Translations under genes and position numbers: made by a program | Assembly: GCA_964618725.1 (NCBI GenBank) | Contig: CAZUBK010000002.1 | Location: 67,992-131,991 of the forward strand | From: an uncultured Pseudomonadales bacterium | GTDB lineage: Bacteria; Patescibacteriota; Microgenomatia; UBA1400; Chazhemtobacteraceae | Direction of reading: 5' to 3' | Length of the DNA stretch: 64,000 bases | In this document: piece by piece, positions 18,375 to 27,990 of the stretch | Numbering within the stretch: the first letter of the stretch is position 1 | Layout: each line of letters opens with the position of its first letter | The notes under the pieces: model-generated | What the model saw: the letters and a program-made list of their open reading frames with translations, nothing else | The model's database searches: none | Told to the model about the DNA's origin: nothing

Positions 18375-19255
18375 CTAGTGACTAGATCAACCACTTCTCC
18401 TTCGCAATTGCGGCTGGTGATATTAAACCAATGGATATTGGTTTGCTTCTTGAACCAGGTCAGTTGTCGTTTGGCATATTGACGCTCATGGAGGGTCCAG
18501 AGATTGATTAGTTCTTCTTTTGTAATACTCCCGGAATAGTATTTATCGAGTTCTTGATAGCCTAAAGAAGTAGCTGGGGAGGCGGTTGGAGGTAGCTCGA
18601 AGGATTTAAGGTATTCAAGTTCTTTTTTAGGGTTTTGTTTAAGGCGGGCAAGGACGCGTTTTTTGATACGTTGCTCTAAGATTTCAATTGGGGCAGTGAG
18701 TCCGATTAAGAGAGAGTCAAACTTTTCCTGCTTTGGTGGTTTTCTTGGGGTAGAAGAAACGATTTCGATGGCACGAATGAGACGACGAGGATTGTTTTGA
18801 TCAGAATGGTTCATCGATTCAAACTTTTTGAAATCGGTCTTTTTGAGATAACTTTGAAGTTCTTCTACTGATAGCTGATCTAATTCTTGGCGGAGTTTAT
18901 GATTTGGGGGAGTAGGATGGAAGAAGTCCTCCAGAATGCTCTTGATGTAAAGGCCTGTTCCTCCGACAACGATTGGGTGCTTGCCCCTATTCTGAATTTG
19001 TTTGATGGTTTTTATTGCGAAATCTTGAAACAGGGCTACATTCCAGTCTTCATCAGGTTTAACTAGGTCATAACCATGAATCTTCAGGGGTGATCCCTGA
19101 GGGGGATAGTCTTTGCCGGTGGCGATATCTAGTCCTTTGTATACTTGACGGGAGTCGGCCGAGATTAGTTCGCCATTGAATCTCCTGGCGAGCTTAAGCG
19201 CAAGCTTGGTTTTACCGGTAGCGGTGGGACCGAGGACAAATAAGACTTGATTCAT
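18356..19255 (-). CDS. miaA: tRNA dimethylallyltransferase
   Basis: P-loop LGPTATGKT. ISADSRQVYKGLDIATGK. Confidence 0.9.
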   Translation of the reverse strand: MNQVLFVLGPTATGKTKLALKLARRFNGELISADSRQVYKGLDIATGKDYPPQGSPLKIHGYDLVKPDEDWNVALFQDFAIKTIKQIQNRGKHPIVVGGTGLYIKSILEDFFHPTPPNHKLRQELDQLSVEELQSYLKKTDFKKFESMNHSDQNNPRRLIRAIEIVSSTPRKPPKQEKFDSLLIGLTAPIEILEQRIKKRVLARLKQNPKKELEYLKSFELPPTASPATSLGYQELDKYYSGSITKEELINLWTLHERQYAKRQLTWFKKQTNIHWFNITSRNCEGEVVDLVTSWYTQN

Positions 19256-19294
19256 GGCTGCATTTTACCCTAGATTTGACTTATTGGCCCAACT

Positions 19295-19615
19295 TTGGTA
19301 TTATGGGTTATCTTTGACAACGTGGAGGATAATTTGTTCCCTAAACAACCGAATGACCTTAAGGCACTTGACTGGTTTCCACTTATCTTGGCAATCTGGT
19401 TCATGTTGGCTTGCTTGGCCTATCTTCCTTTATTTCTTTTGGACTCGAGTCAGGAGGCCACGAAATACGCACTGTGGGGAATGGTGATGTTCGGTGGAGT
19501 TTGGATGTATACAAGAGTCCATTGTACAACCAGTTTTCACTTTATGTTCAATCTATTCTCAATGGGTGGATTCTTGGCTGGCGGATTATTATTGTTAGTG
19601 CGTTTCTTGAGTTAG
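19295..19615 (+). CDS. hypothetical membrane protein (3 TM)
   Basis: Followed by a strong terminator at 19621..19649. Confidence 0.5.
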   Translation: MVLWVIFDNVEDNLFPKQPNDLKALDWFPLILAIWFMLACLAYLPLFLLDSSQEATKYALWGMVMFGGVWMYTRVHCTTSFHFMFNLFSMGGFLAGGLLLLVRFLS

Positions 19616-19620
19616 AAGTT

Positions 19621-19649
19621 GGCGGGCCTGTTGGCCCGCCTTTTATTTT
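19621..19649 (+). terminator. intrinsic terminator (ggcgggcc-tgtt-ggcccgcc plus T-tract)
   Basis: 8-bp GC stem followed by TTTTATTTT. Overlaps the miaB stop codon. Confidence 0.7.
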
Positions 19650-20803
19650 ATCTTCGGTCTCTCGTGGAGGTGTTTTCGGTTAATTAGATCTTCAAGGACT
19701 TGCCAGCGGCGTTTCTTTTCTTGAGGAGAGATCTCGTCTTTGTACATCCGCCAAGCGCCGGTACCAGGACGAGGAGAGTATTGAGCGACAAAGGCGACAT
19801 GCCAGTTGGCTTTTTTGGCTAAGTCAACAGTCTCTTGGAAGTCTGCTTCTGTTTCGCCAGGGAAACCGACAATAACGTCGGTGCCAATGACGGCGTCGGA
19901 GATCTTGCTTCTGATTTTCTCGATGAGATTAAGATAGCTTTTGGCGGTGTAGCCACGGTTCATGAGATATAAGACTTTATCGGAGCCGGACTGGACGGGA
20001 AGGTGAATGAAGCGGTCGATCTTCTTGTTGACGGCAATTTCGTCGATTAACTCATCCCAGAAGTCCCAGGGATTACTGGTCATGAAACGAATTGTTTTGA
20101 TGGCATCAATCTTAGATATCTCTTGGAGTAGCTCGACAAATGGGGGAGTACTTTGCGGCTTAAAGTATTGCGACTCGTTGCTGGGGATATTTTTGATGCT
20201 GAAATTCTCTTTACTCATGAGGAGTTTGCGGTAACCGATACCGGCTTTCTCAAGGCCCCAAGAATTAACATTTTGACCAAGAAGAGTGACCTCGGAATAT
20301 CCCTGATCAGCGAGCTTGTTTACCTCGATGAGGATTTCTTCTTTAGAGCGACTGATTTCTCGACCACGGGAATAGGGGACGATGCAGAAAGTACAGAAAG
20401 AGTTGCAACCAGAAGAGATAGGGACCCAAGCATGGATTTTGTCTTTTCGAATAACGGCTTGATTGAAGCCGACTTCATTGATGGGGAGGATTTCGTCAAT
20501 TTGAGGAAGGAGATTGTAGAGCTTTTTGGCGCCGTGGTGGGTCATACAGCCAGTAAGGATGATTTTGGGTTTTACAAGGTTCGTAACCTTGTAAAATTTT
20601 TCGATATTGATGAGGAGACCTTTGACGCGATCTTCGGCACGCTGCCTGATAGCGCAGGTATTGACGACGATTTCATCGGCCACCTTCCAGGATTTGGCTT
20701 GCTTGTACCCTCGGGCGGCATAGTCTCCGGCAATACGCTCAGAGTCGGATTTGTTGGCTTGGCAGCCAAAAGTAATGACAAAATATGTTTTTTGTTTTTG
20801 CAT
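19643..20803 (-). CDS. miaB: MiaB-family radical-SAM tRNA methylthiotransferase (no obvious TRAM domain)
   Basis: N-terminal TFGCQANKSD. Radical-SAM cluster motif CNSFCTFCIVP. Adjacent to miaA. Confidence 0.85.
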   Translation of the reverse strand: MQKQKTYFVITFGCQANKSDSERIAGDYAARGYKQAKSWKVADEIVVNTCAIRQRAEDRVKGLLINIEKFYKVTNLVKPKIILTGCMTHHGAKKLYNLLPQIDEILPINEVGFNQAVIRKDKIHAWVPISSGCNSFCTFCIVPYSRGREISRSKEEILIEVNKLADQGYSEVTLLGQNVNSWGLEKAGIGYRKLLMSKENFSIKNIPSNESQYFKPQSTPPFVELLQEISKIDAIKTIRFMTSNPWDFWDELIDEIAVNKKIDRFIHLPVQSGSDKVLYLMNRGYTAKSYLNLIEKIRSKISDAVIGTDVIVGFPGETEADFQETVDLAKKANWHVAFVAQYSPRPGTGAWRMYKDEISPQEKKRRWQVLEDLINRKHLHERPKIK

Positions 20804-20845
20804 CGCTGTATTTTAGCACCCTAGGGTGTAATGGGAGATTTGGGA

Positions 20846-21727
20846 TTAGACCTTTAACCCCTGCTTGATTAGTTCATCCACTACTCCTTGCCAGGAGCGA
20901 AACTTCATGCCTAGTCTTTCTTCAGTTTGGGTCGTCGAGAGTCCCCCTTTGACGGGATAACGGTAAGGGTTATCTTGCTTGGCTAAAAAAGGCTTGATGA
21001 GACTACTTTGGACCGAATCAGAGTCTTCACCAAGGCGCTCAAGAGCGTAGGTGACTAATTCATAGGGAGAGAAAGTATCAGAGGAGACGTGAAAGATCCC
21101 GGTGTGACCGTGGTCAATGATGAGATGAAGAGCGGCGGCCAATTCGTCGATGAAAGTAAAAGAAACTTGCTGATCTTCAAAAAGAGGGTAGAGTTTGCCT
21201 GCCGAGAAAAGAGATAGGGGGAGGCGAAGGTAATCCAGTTTGTCATTGAAGCGAGAACGAACGGGATAGATAATACGGACCACAGTCTGATTGGCACCAA
21301 GGACTAATTCTTCGGCTTGACTCTTGGTCCAACCGTACCAAGTGAGAACATCGGGAGAGTCTGGGCGGGAGTAGTTCTCTGGGTAGGGGCCTGGATCGTG
21401 GGTCGAGCCAGAAAAGACCATGTCGGTGGATGCCTGAATAAAAGGAATATTGGTTGAGAGAAGATTACTGACCCCAACGACATTGATCTGCCAACACAAG
21501 CCCTTTTCATCACCGGTTTGATTCTCGGCGGCAGTGACGTCGGTGTAGGCGGCGAAGTTGAGAATGAGAGATGGTTGATGCCTTTTGAAATATTCTTTGA
21601 CTGAGCTATTATCGGCAATGCTCAACTCTTTACTGTTAGGAGACAAAAGGAGATAGTCGGGACTTAACTCGACAAAACGTGAGCCGACTAGACCCGATGC
21701 TCCGGTTACTAGTATTTCTTTTTTCAT
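20846..21727 (-). CDS. rmlD: dTDP-4-dehydrorhamnose reductase-like NAD(P)-dependent epimerase/dehydratase
   Basis: Rossmann motif LVTGASGLVGSRF. ILNFAAYTDVTAAE. Start ATG 21727 overlaps the rmlB stop (ATGA). The ORF track's 21793 start adds 22 aa that are unlikely to be real. Confidence 0.7.
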   Translation of the reverse strand: MKKEILVTGASGLVGSRFVELSPDYLLLSPNSKELSIADNSSVKEYFKRHQPSLILNFAAYTDVTAAENQTGDEKGLCWQINVVGVSNLLSTNIPFIQASTDMVFSGSTHDPGPYPENYSRPDSPDVLTWYGWTKSQAEELVLGANQTVVRIIYPVRSRFNDKLDYLRLPLSLFSAGKLYPLFEDQQVSFTFIDELAAALHLIIDHGHTGIFHVSSDTFSPYELVTYALERLGEDSDSVQSSLIKPFLAKQDNPYRYPVKGGLSTTQTEERLGMKFRSWQGVVDELIKQGLKV

Positions 21728-22710
21728 TGGTGGTAGATGGATTCGGCGCGCTTCTTGAGGGGGCGCCACCACCATTGATTCTCTTGATACCACTGAATGG
21801 TTTGAGATAGATAGGTATCGAGGTCATGCTTGGGCTGCCAGCCGAGGCTCTCTATTTTGCTCCAGTCAATGGCGTAGCGGCGATCATGACCAGGGCGGTC
21901 TTTGACGTATTCAATTGAACCTTCATCTTGACCCATTAAGGCAATGATTTTTTTGGTAAGTTGTAGATTGTTGATCTCCTCAGTCAGACCACCGACACAG
22001 TATGTTTCGCCAATCTTGCCTTGTTGGAGAACGAGATCAATGGCAGAGCAGTGATCCTCAACATAGAGCCAATCGCGGACGTACTTTCCGTCACCGTAAA
22101 CGGGGACTTTTTGTCCGTCAATGAGGTTAGTGATGAAACGGGGGATAAGTTTCTCTGGATCGTGATAGGGGCCGTAGTTGTTGGCACAATTGGTGATGGT
22201 AATGGGAAGGCTATAGGTGTCGAAGTAGGCGCGAACGAGATGGTCGGAGCCAGCTTTGGAAGCGGAGTAGGGGCTATGTGGGTCATAACGAGTGGTCTCA
22301 GTAAACTTCTTCTTAGAATCAAGAGGAAGGGCGCCGTAAACCTCATCGGTCGACACATGATGAAAGCGTTTGATTTTGTGTGTCAGAGCCGCATCGAGAA
22401 GAACTTGGGTACCCAAGACATTTGTCTTGACAAATAGGGAGGGGTCTTTAATTGAGCGGTCGACGTGGCTTTCGGCGGCAAAGTGGACGACAACATCAAT
22501 ATCACGTATCGCTTTATCAACGGCTTCTGAGTCGCAAATGTCAGCTTTGATAAAGGTGAACTTATCTATGACATCCTTAAGTGACTCAAGGTGCCCGGCA
22601 TAGGTCAGCTTGTCGAAAATGAATAAAGTGTCGCTTGGATATTTCTTAGCCCAGTAGTGGACGAAGTTACTGCCTATGAACCCGGCACCGCCGGTAATGA
22701 GTAGCTTCAT
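21724..22710 (-). CDS. rmlB: dTDP-glucose 4,6-dehydratase
   Basis: ITGGAGFIGSNF. YSASKAGSDHLVRAY, the YxxxK catalytic motif. Confidence 0.9.
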   Translation of the reverse strand: MKLLITGGAGFIGSNFVHYWAKKYPSDTLFIFDKLTYAGHLESLKDVIDKFTFIKADICDSEAVDKAIRDIDVVVHFAAESHVDRSIKDPSLFVKTNVLGTQVLLDAALTHKIKRFHHVSTDEVYGALPLDSKKKFTETTRYDPHSPYSASKAGSDHLVRAYFDTYSLPITITNCANNYGPYHDPEKLIPRFITNLIDGQKVPVYGDGKYVRDWLYVEDHCSAIDLVLQQGKIGETYCVGGLTEEINNLQLTKKIIALMGQDEGSIEYVKDRPGHDRRYAIDWSKIESLGWQPKHDLDTYLSQTIQWYQENQWWWRPLKKRAESIYHQ

Positions 22711-22758
22711 TGGTCTGTCTATCGTACCACAAAGGAAGAAGGTGGGCAGGTGGAGTGA

Positions 22759-23034
22759 TTACCAGACCTTTTTCTTGAGGGGTTTACCGACTCGGAAATT
22801 GATGACGCGATGGCCACGGACGGTTTGGCGTTTGATCTCGTTGCCGAAGGGAACGACTTGTTTGTCGGCAACCTTGCTAACGTAGAAGGTACCGAATCCG
22901 GAGAGAACAACCTTATCACCCTTGGCGAGAGACTTGATCATCTCATCGAGAAGAGCTTCGACGGCTTCGTTGGCGGCTTTTTTGGTTAAGTGGGCTTTCT
23001 TGGCGACAATGGATATAATTTCGTGCTTGGTCAT
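22759..23034 (-). CDS. hup: HU-family DNA-binding protein
   Basis: GFGTF arm motif. 91 aa. AAGGAGG Shine-Dalgarno sequence. Confidence 0.9.
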   Translation of the reverse strand: MTKHEIISIVAKKAHLTKKAANEAVEALLDEMIKSLAKGDKVVLSGFGTFYVSKVADKQVVPFGNEIKRQTVRGHRVINFRVGKPLKKKVW

Positions 23035-23132
23035 TTGTGATTCACCTCCTTTCGATCTAATTGTGGGGCAGTTCCCACAATATACATTGGTGCATCAGGT
23101 AGATCAAGAGGCGTTTGGAGAAATTTCCATTT

Positions 23133-23360
23133 TTAAAGGTCTGATGCCAACAACAAAAGGGAGCGCAATAGCCCAATGAGCGAACCTAATCCGAAGGCTG
23201 CACTAATATACATCAGGGAAATTGCGTATATTTTTACTTTTCTTCCGGTTAAGGTAAATCCTGGCCTACGACTCACATAAACTTTTTTAAGTTTGTACGT
23301 CAAGATACTGGAATAAAATATCAGAGCTGACACCCCGAAGACCAAGAGATCTAAGAGCAT
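23133..23360 (-). CDS. hypothetical small membrane protein (2 TM)
   Basis: ORF-track ORF lying between hup and rny. Hydrophobic. Confidence 0.3.
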   Translation of the reverse strand: MLLDLLVFGVSALIFYSSILTYKLKKVYVSRRPGFTLTGRKVKIYAISLMYISAAFGLGSLIGLLRSLLLLASDL

Positions 23361-23376
23361 ATGGTGATACTAGCAT

Positions 23377-24915
23377 TTATTTCGCAATATCTGATGCTCT
23401 CAGCTCACGGATGACGGTGACCTTGACAGTACCAGGATAGGTCATGGTTTCTTGAACTTCGGTTTTTATGTCTGAAGCTAATTTAACCATTTGCGCATCA
23501 GAGACTTTTTCTGGTCTGACGATGACTCGCACCTCGCGGCCAGCCTGAATGGCATAGGCCTCCTCAACACCTTCGTGTTTCTTGGCAATGTCTTCGAGTT
23601 TGGTCAGTCGCTCGACATATTCTTCAATATTCTCGTAGCGGGCACCCGGACGGGAACCGGAGATGGCGTCGGCGATATAGACGATGACGGATTCGATTGA
23701 AGTGAATTCCTCATCTTCATGGTGCTGAGCAACGGCGTCGATGGCGGCTTTGGGAACATTGTATTTCTTGAGGAGTTTGACTCCGAGTTCGACGTGAGAG
23801 CCTTCTTCTTCGGTGACAATTTTGCCGATATCGTGAAGTAGGCAGCCGATCTTAACAATGCGGACGTCGGCGCCGACTTCGGCAGCCAGTTTCATGCCGA
23901 TTCTAGTTTCTTCTAGAGTGTGGGCAATCATATTCTGGCCATAGGAAGTGCGGTATTTGAAACGACCGAGCATGGCGACGAGATCTTTGGGTAGATCAAA
24001 AACGCCAACGGCGTGACAGAGTCTTTCGCCTTCCTGATACATAATGCGTTCGATGTCTTTTCTAGACTTGTCGACAAATTCTTCGATATGAGTAGGATGG
24101 ATGCGGCCATCGCGAATGAGGCGTTCTAGGGCGACCCGGGCGATCTCGCGTCTAACGGAGTCAAAGGAAGAAAGTTTGATAACGTTGGGTTCATCTAGAA
24201 TAACGTCAATTCCGGTGACTTTCTCGAAGGTGCGGATGTTGCGACCTTCCTTGCCGATGATTTTGCCTTTAGTTTCTTCGTCGGGAACTTTGATCGTAGT
24301 GACGGTAAATTCGGGAACATAATCAGTCGCCCCGGCGAACATGGAGTCGACGAGGATCTCTTTAGCGACAACTTCTGCCTGTTCGCGAGCTTTCTCTTCG
24401 GCTGATTTTATAATCTTGGCAATCTCAACTAGACTTCTCTCCTCGACTTTTTTGAGAAGAACTTCTTTGGCTTCGCTTTTGGTCATACCAGAGACGTCTT
24501 CGAGAGCGACGGTTTGATCTAGACGTAACTTCTCGGTGGCTTCGAGCTTCTTCTCGATAGCGTCAAGCTGCTGCTTGGTAAGACGATCACGTTCTTCAAG
24601 ACGAGCCTCACGATTACTCAGCTCTTGTTGTTTACGGAGAAGATCCTGACGCTTGAGATCCAGTTCTCGTTCGCGGGCATGGGTGTCGAGACGATTCTGT
24701 TCTTTAAGCTTAAAGGCTTCGTCTTTGGCTTCGAGAATGATTTCGCGAGCCTTACTTTGGGCCTGTTGAATAATTTGGTCTAATTCAACGGACTTGATCT
24801 CTTTGACGATTGACTTTGGTGCTTCCGTAATCTTTGGGGCGACCTTAACTGGTGTGACTGGCTTAATTGATGTTGAAGAAGTAGTGGATTTTGAAAAAAT
24901 ACTAAAAATGCTCAT
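23377..24915 (-). CDS. rny: ribonuclease Y
   Basis: N-terminal TM segment plus coiled coil, a KH domain, and the HD motif LLHDIGK. Confidence 0.9.
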   Translation of the reverse strand: MSIFSIFSKSTTSSTSIKPVTPVKVAPKITEAPKSIVKEIKSVELDQIIQQAQSKAREIILEAKDEAFKLKEQNRLDTHARERELDLKRQDLLRKQQELSNREARLEERDRLTKQQLDAIEKKLEATEKLRLDQTVALEDVSGMTKSEAKEVLLKKVEERSLVEIAKIIKSAEEKAREQAEVVAKEILVDSMFAGATDYVPEFTVTTIKVPDEETKGKIIGKEGRNIRTFEKVTGIDVILDEPNVIKLSSFDSVRREIARVALERLIRDGRIHPTHIEEFVDKSRKDIERIMYQEGERLCHAVGVFDLPKDLVAMLGRFKYRTSYGQNMIAHTLEETRIGMKLAAEVGADVRIVKIGCLLHDIGKIVTEEEGSHVELGVKLLKKYNVPKAAIDAVAQHHEDEEFTSIESVIVYIADAISGSRPGARYENIEEYVERLTKLEDIAKKHEGVEEAYAIQAGREVRVIVRPEKVSDAQMVKLASDIKTEVQETMTYPGTVKVTVIRELRASDIAK

Positions 24916-25029
24916 ATGTTTTTGGTCGCATTAATGCGACAATTACTTATTGATATGGCTTAAATGAGATTTTTGAGGGTCAGGAAAACACCAGTTTATC
25001 TGGCTTTGGAGGGGAGGAGTGAGTTTAGG

Positions 25030-25057
25030 TTGACGCGAAGATTCATGTTTATATAAT
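25030..25057 (+). promoter_or_regulatory. orphan consensus-like sigma70 promoter (TTGACG, 16-nt spacer, TATAAT), antisense to recX
   Basis: -35 at 25030..25035 and -10 at 25052..25057. No plus-strand gene lies downstream. Confidence 0.4.
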
Positions 25058-25090
25058 TACCCTGATTGATCTTATTTAAGTGCCCTTATT

Positions 25091-25549
25091 TTACTTTTTT
25101 TTACGCCTTTCGTCAATTGCTGAAGAAATGGCCTGGCTACCGAAGCCTTTTCTCATTAGAGCAGGGTAGGCTTTTTTCCGGAATTCGAGGAAGGGTAAAG
25201 AGATGGGGAACTTCTTGTCAAGAAAACTGCGGGCGAGATTAAGCTGCGAGTCGACATCAAGGGTCTTTTTAAGAACTTGGTTGATGATATTGGGAGCGAT
25301 ACCACGGCGGCCAAGTTCGTACTTTAGGAGGGCGGGACCAAGGTGTCGAGAGAGGCGCGAATTGACAAAGCTTTTGGCAAATTCAGTATCGTTGAGATAG
25401 CCTTTTTCTGTCAGGTATGTAATAACTTGGGTTATTGAATTGTCGTCGTTGGTTTTTCTAGAGAGTTTGGTTTTGAGTTCTTGAATGGAGTGAGAACGGA
25501 TCGCCAAAATACGGAAAGAGGAAGAAAGAAGTCTTTGGTATTGCTCCAT
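25091..25549 (-). CDS. recX: recombination regulator RecX
   Basis: Three-helix-repeat RecX-like sequence directly downstream of recA. Confidence 0.75.
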   Translation of the reverse strand: MEQYQRLLSSSFRILAIRSHSIQELKTKLSRKTNDDNSITQVITYLTEKGYLNDTEFAKSFVNSRLSRHLGPALLKYELGRRGIAPNIINQVLKKTLDVDSQLNLARSFLDKKFPISLPFLEFRKKAYPALMRKGFGSQAISSAIDERRKKK

Positions 25550-25557
25550 ACTTAATA

Positions 25558-26658
25558 TTACTCCGCCACCAGGTCATCATCTTCAGAGCTGCCACCAATA
25601 CTAATCTCATCGGTGGACTTGCCTTTGTTCATGACTTCCTTTTCGATTGCTTCCAGGAGCTTATGGTCCTCTTGTAGGGCTATCTTGGCAGCTTCCCTCC
25701 CCTGAGCAATGACTGTCCCCTGATACTTAAGGAAAGCACCGGCCTTTTCGACGACGTTTTGTTCGATGGCGACGTCCAGAATATTACCCTCTCGGCTAAT
25801 GCCACCGACATTCATGATGTCAAACTCGGCAACACGGAAGGGCGGAGCAACTTTGTTCTTGACGATCTTGGCCCGGTGACGACTACCGACGATGATATCG
25901 CCGTCCTGGATGTTACCGATTTTACGCATATCGATGCGAACGGAAGCGTAGAACTTGAGCGCCCGACCGCCGGGGGTAGTCTCAGGGTTACCGAACATGA
26001 CGCCGATCTTCTCGCGAAGTTGGTTGGTGAAAATGAGGATGGTTTTGCTTTTGCTGATAGCACCAGTGAGCTTTCTCATTGCCTGGCTCATGAGACGAGC
26101 TTGAAGCCCGATGATTGAGTCACCCATTTCGCCGTCAATTTCAGCTTTGGGGACTAAAGCGGCGACGGAATCGACGATGATCACGTCAACGGCACCGGAA
26201 CGGATAAGGGTGTCGGTGATTTCAAGGGCTTGTTCGCCGGTGTCGGGTTGGGAGAGGAGCAACTCGTCAAGATTGATGCCAATGGCTTTGGCTCTCTGTG
26301 GATCCAGGGCGTGTTCGGCGTCAATGAAGGCAGCGGTGCCGCCACGCTTTTGACTTTGCGCAATTACATGAAGGGCGAGAGTAGTCTTTCCGGAAGCCTC
26401 TGGGCCATAGATCTCGACGATACGACCGCGGGGAAAGCCACCGACACCAAGAGCGATATCAAGGGCGATGGCTCCGGTAGATATGACCTGGACTTCTTTA
26501 TTGGCAGCCGCGACACCTAAACGCATGATTGAGCCAACACCAAACTGTTTATCAATTTGCTGCATGGCAATCTTTAAGGCTTCAAGCTTCTGAGATTTAA
26601 GAGAGTCGGAATTAACGGATGGAGTATTAGTGGTGATGTTTTTCTTGGGTCTGGCCAT
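25558..26658 (-). CDS. recA: recombinase RecA
   Basis: Walker [14 protein letters not shown] and conserved loops L1 and L2. Confidence 0.95.
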   Translation of the reverse strand: MARPKKNITTNTPSVNSDSLKSQKLEALKIAMQQIDKQFGVGSIMRLGVAAANKEVQVISTGAIALDIALGVGGFPRGRIVEIYGPEASGKTTLALHVIAQSQKRGGTAAFIDAEHALDPQRAKAIGINLDELLLSQPDTGEQALEITDTLIRSGAVDVIIVDSVAALVPKAEIDGEMGDSIIGLQARLMSQAMRKLTGAISKSKTILIFTNQLREKIGVMFGNPETTPGGRALKFYASVRIDMRKIGNIQDGDIIVGSRHRAKIVKNKVAPPFRVAEFDIMNVGGISREGNILDVAIEQNVVEKAGAFLKYQGTVIAQGREAAKIALQEDHKLLEAIEKEVMNKGKSTDEISIGGSSEDDDLVAE

Positions 26659-26763
26659 AGTTTAAATATTTGAATTGTTAATAGAAGTAGAAACATAGTA
26701 GCATATTTAGACTAAACCAAATAAAGTACGAAGGTGTCAAGTAGAGAAATTTAGTCTCAGAAA

Positions 26764-26880
26764 TGATAGAATATGGGTGACTGCGGGGCATAGTATAACA
26801 GTAGTACGGGAGGCTGGGGGCCTTCTAGCCGGGGAGCATCACCTCGTGCCCCGAAATATAGGTCTTATTGCAAGACCAGA
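26764..26880 (+). ncRNA. candidate small structured RNA driven by a TGaTAGAAT promoter
   Basis: An extended -10 identical in form to the rnpB one sits at 26764..26772. It is followed by a GC-rich imperfect hairpin (GCGGGGCA at 26783..26790 pairing with TGCCCCG at 26847..26853) and a second hairpin (ggtctt-attgc-aagacc at 26861..26877). Confidence 0.3.
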
Positions 26881-26970
26881 AACAACGAAAGAACTTAATT
26901 TTCTTAGCCGGTAATAGGGAGTGGTAAAAGAACGAATAAAGCCCCCAATAATGGAGGCTTCAAAGGGGGA

Positions 26971-27381
26971 TCAAATCACATCTAGCGAAATGTCGTGGCT
27001 TTTTAGGAGGTGTGTCTTGATATCGTATGGGGAAGAGTATGTACTGCTTGGGTCAAAGACGTCGCGATAAAGCGCGTGTTTTTTACATTCATAGCAACCA
27101 AGTACGTAACTGAGTTCGTTAGGACAAGCGTAGACAAGTTTCTCGGCAATGAGTTTGCCGGTCACGGGATGGTGGAGAAACGGTTCCCACTGCTTGGAAA
27201 CTCGATACGGTTTGCCGCAACCCGGGCAGAAGCGATTGGGTAGATGATCGTCGCTAGTGGCGAGACGGGTAGTGAAATGATAGTTGCCATAGGTAAGATA
27301 ATAGAGAGCAAGAGAAAAGAGAACTAAGAAAAGAACTCCACCCAGGACAAGAATAATGGAAAGAGCGATGACAGGAAACAA
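26971..27381 (-). CDS. membrane-anchored zinc-ribbon protein, paralog A (TM helix plus CPGCG...CxxC domain)
   Basis: TTG start at 27381 preceded by AGGAGG with a 6-nt spacer. The ORF track's alternative TTG at 27420 has no Shine-Dalgarno sequence. Homologous to the 27991..28653 product. Confidence 0.55.
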   Translation of the reverse strand: MFPVIALSIILVLGGVLFLVLFSLALYYLTYGNYHFTTRLATSDDHLPNRFCPGCGKPYRVSKQWEPFLHHPVTGKLIAEKLVYACPNELSYVLGCYECKKHALYRDVFDPSSTYSSPYDIKTHLLKSHDISLDVI

Positions 27382-27458
27382 AATAAACCTCCTTGGTTTA
27401 GAATAAACGTATTGTACCAAAGAAAACCCGAGATTGATATCTCGGGTGGAAGTATGGC

Positions 27459-27866
27459 TTAACCAAGATCATCTAAATTAAGCGAGTCAAGAAAATTGTC
27501 ATAAGGCGAATCAGGAGTAGATGATTCAGGCGGTGCTGGAGGGGGTAGGAGTAGGGGTGGGAGTACGGATGGTTCAGACGGTTTCGACTTCTCTCTGATT
27601 TCATTCAAGAGAAAAGCACGCGTCTGGCCGCCAACCGAGTAGCTAAGTTCGGATACTCCTTCTACAATCTCCATAACAATTTTGGGGTGAATACTGACGG
27701 TTGTGTCCGAGTCGAGCCACTGAATAATGCAATCAACAAAGGTGACAATTTGTTCAAGAACTATCTGCAAATATCGAAGTTTTTGGGGCGAGATAAAAAA
27801 ATCGTGATTGCGAATAGAGAACTGTACCGTGACATCGGCGACAGTGATCGTAATCTGCTCTTCCAT
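27459..27866 (-). CDS. hypothetical protein with a Pro-rich linker and an acidic C-terminal tail
   Basis: ORF lying between the two paralogs. Confidence 0.5.
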   Translation of the reverse strand: MEEQITITVADVTVQFSIRNHDFFISPQKLRYLQIVLEQIVTFVDCIIQWLDSDTTVSIHPKIVMEIVEGVSELSYSVGGQTRAFLLNEIREKSKPSEPSVLPPLLLPPPAPPESSTPDSPYDNFLDSLNLDDLG

Positions 27867-27950
27867 TTGACTTCTCCTGTTAAAGTTCGTATCCTGTAAT
27901 TATAGCATACTTGTATTAGGACGTAGGTTGTTGTTTGATCTTGTAGGATT

Positions 27951-27959
27951 TGATATAAT
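27951..27959 (+). promoter_or_regulatory. extended -10 element TGaTATAAT for the 27991 gene
   Basis: Lies inside the track's TTG-extended ORF, which argues that translation starts downstream at ATG 27991 (preceded by AAAGGA with a 6-nt spacer). Confidence 0.45.
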
Positions 27960-27990
27960 GATGACATTGCACATTGTGAAAGGATCTGAC

